This document shows, piece after piece, positions 63,210-64,000 of a stretch of 64,000 nucleotides of DNA. Source of the stretch: Zancudomyces culisetae HAW-14-8 (lineage: Eukaryota; Fungi; Kickxellomycota); NCBI GenBank assembly GCA_052426225.1, contig JBNJNM010000012.1, forward strand, positions 806,001-870,000, given 5' to 3'. The notes under the pieces are model-generated. The model saw only the letters and a list, made by a program, of their open reading frames with translations, made no database searches and was not told the origin of the DNA. How positions within the stretch are numbered: position 1 is the first letter of the stretch; every line of letters begins with the position of its first letter. The translations under genes and the position numbers were made by a program.

Positions 63210-64000
63210 TTACTTTTTTTCAACTACCTAAAAACTACCTATTACATGTATATCTACTTGTGTATTTGCTATTTTGTAATGGTAATATATCTGGTGTTTA
63301 CTATTGTTTCATTGGTATAAATACTGCTTGTATACATATTTATTGTTGTATAGCAGCTTTTGTATGTATTGGAAGCGTTTATGCTATTTTAGTACTAATT
63401 GTGTGGGTATATATATACTCTTAGTTTCAATTTTTTGTATAGTGCTGTTACTAGATAGACTTTGTAGAAACACTTTATATTGTGTGGTATTGTAGTGTCA
63501 AGATCGATTATAAGGGTGATAACACAGTAGATAAATAAAAGAATGAGTATATTAAATACTTTTTATTTTTTCATTCAAATTATTGTGATTATAAAAGATT
63601 GAATTACAAATCAATTACTCTTTATTTAGCTAAAGCTCGCTGAAGTACATATGTTTATAAATATGATTCTCACTTTGACTAGACTGTTATAACAGCCTTA
63701 CATTTTAATTTTCAGTTATTTTCATAAAAATTACTATATTTATATTTATTCAATGAAGCATTAACAGTATTTTCTTGAATAATTAAAATTATCTACTATT
63801 TATGCAAGATAACTATTAACTAGTTTAAACTTATCTAGTCTTTTCTGTTTTGTAACTCTGAGATAGAGCTATAAAATAGTTCTAGTTAAACAAGCAGTAT
63901 TAAGGATGAAATATGATTTTCTCACTTTAATAGAAGAATGTCATTTAACTGTAACAGTACTACATATTTTATAGGTAAATATTAAATTCTAGTCTCAATA

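Noticed and set aside
62600-64000. Possible decayed retroelement or LTR flanking the tRNA pair
   Set aside because: Coding-like fragments have many stops; no terminal repeat, primer-binding site, target-site duplication or RT/integrase motif is visible.

Overview
Gene-dense, AT-rich eukaryotic (fungal) chromosomal segment with short spliceosomal introns. The divergent proteins and overall style suggest an early-diverging fungus, possibly Zoopagomycota/Harpellales; this placement is an inference I could not verify. I can support about 21 protein-coding genes, mostly housekeeping: ARO1 (5' part), cyclophilin H, ASF1, AP-1 gamma adaptin, fimbrin, a METTL21-type lysine methyltransferase, an MFS transporter, a DUF5102-like protein, an F-box/LRR protein, an orphan secreted Arg-rich protein, a phosducin-like protein, a Kelch-BTB protein, complex I NDUFB10, LSM2, ELP1, a small coiled-coil gene (possibly MED30-like), a HemK/MTQ1 methyltransferase, an SSS transporter, SEC63, an Nrg1-like C2H2 factor, an OPT transporter and ECM29. 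ARO1 and NDUFB10 are absent from the ORF track. Two tRNA genes lie near the right end. The most notable observations are: (1) a tRNA-Ser(GCT)/tRNA-Val(TAC) tandem with a 3-nt spacer and one shared Pol III terminator; (2) strong strand-composition domains that ignore gene orientation and flip inside ELP1, AP-1 gamma and ECM29; (3) a secreted orphan with protamine-like Arg blocks; (4) a probable GC-AG-spliced gene whose last exon overlaps the ELP1 3' end; (5) A-rich, TAG-dominated 3' splice sites. No intact mobile element, CRISPR array or rRNA was recognised.
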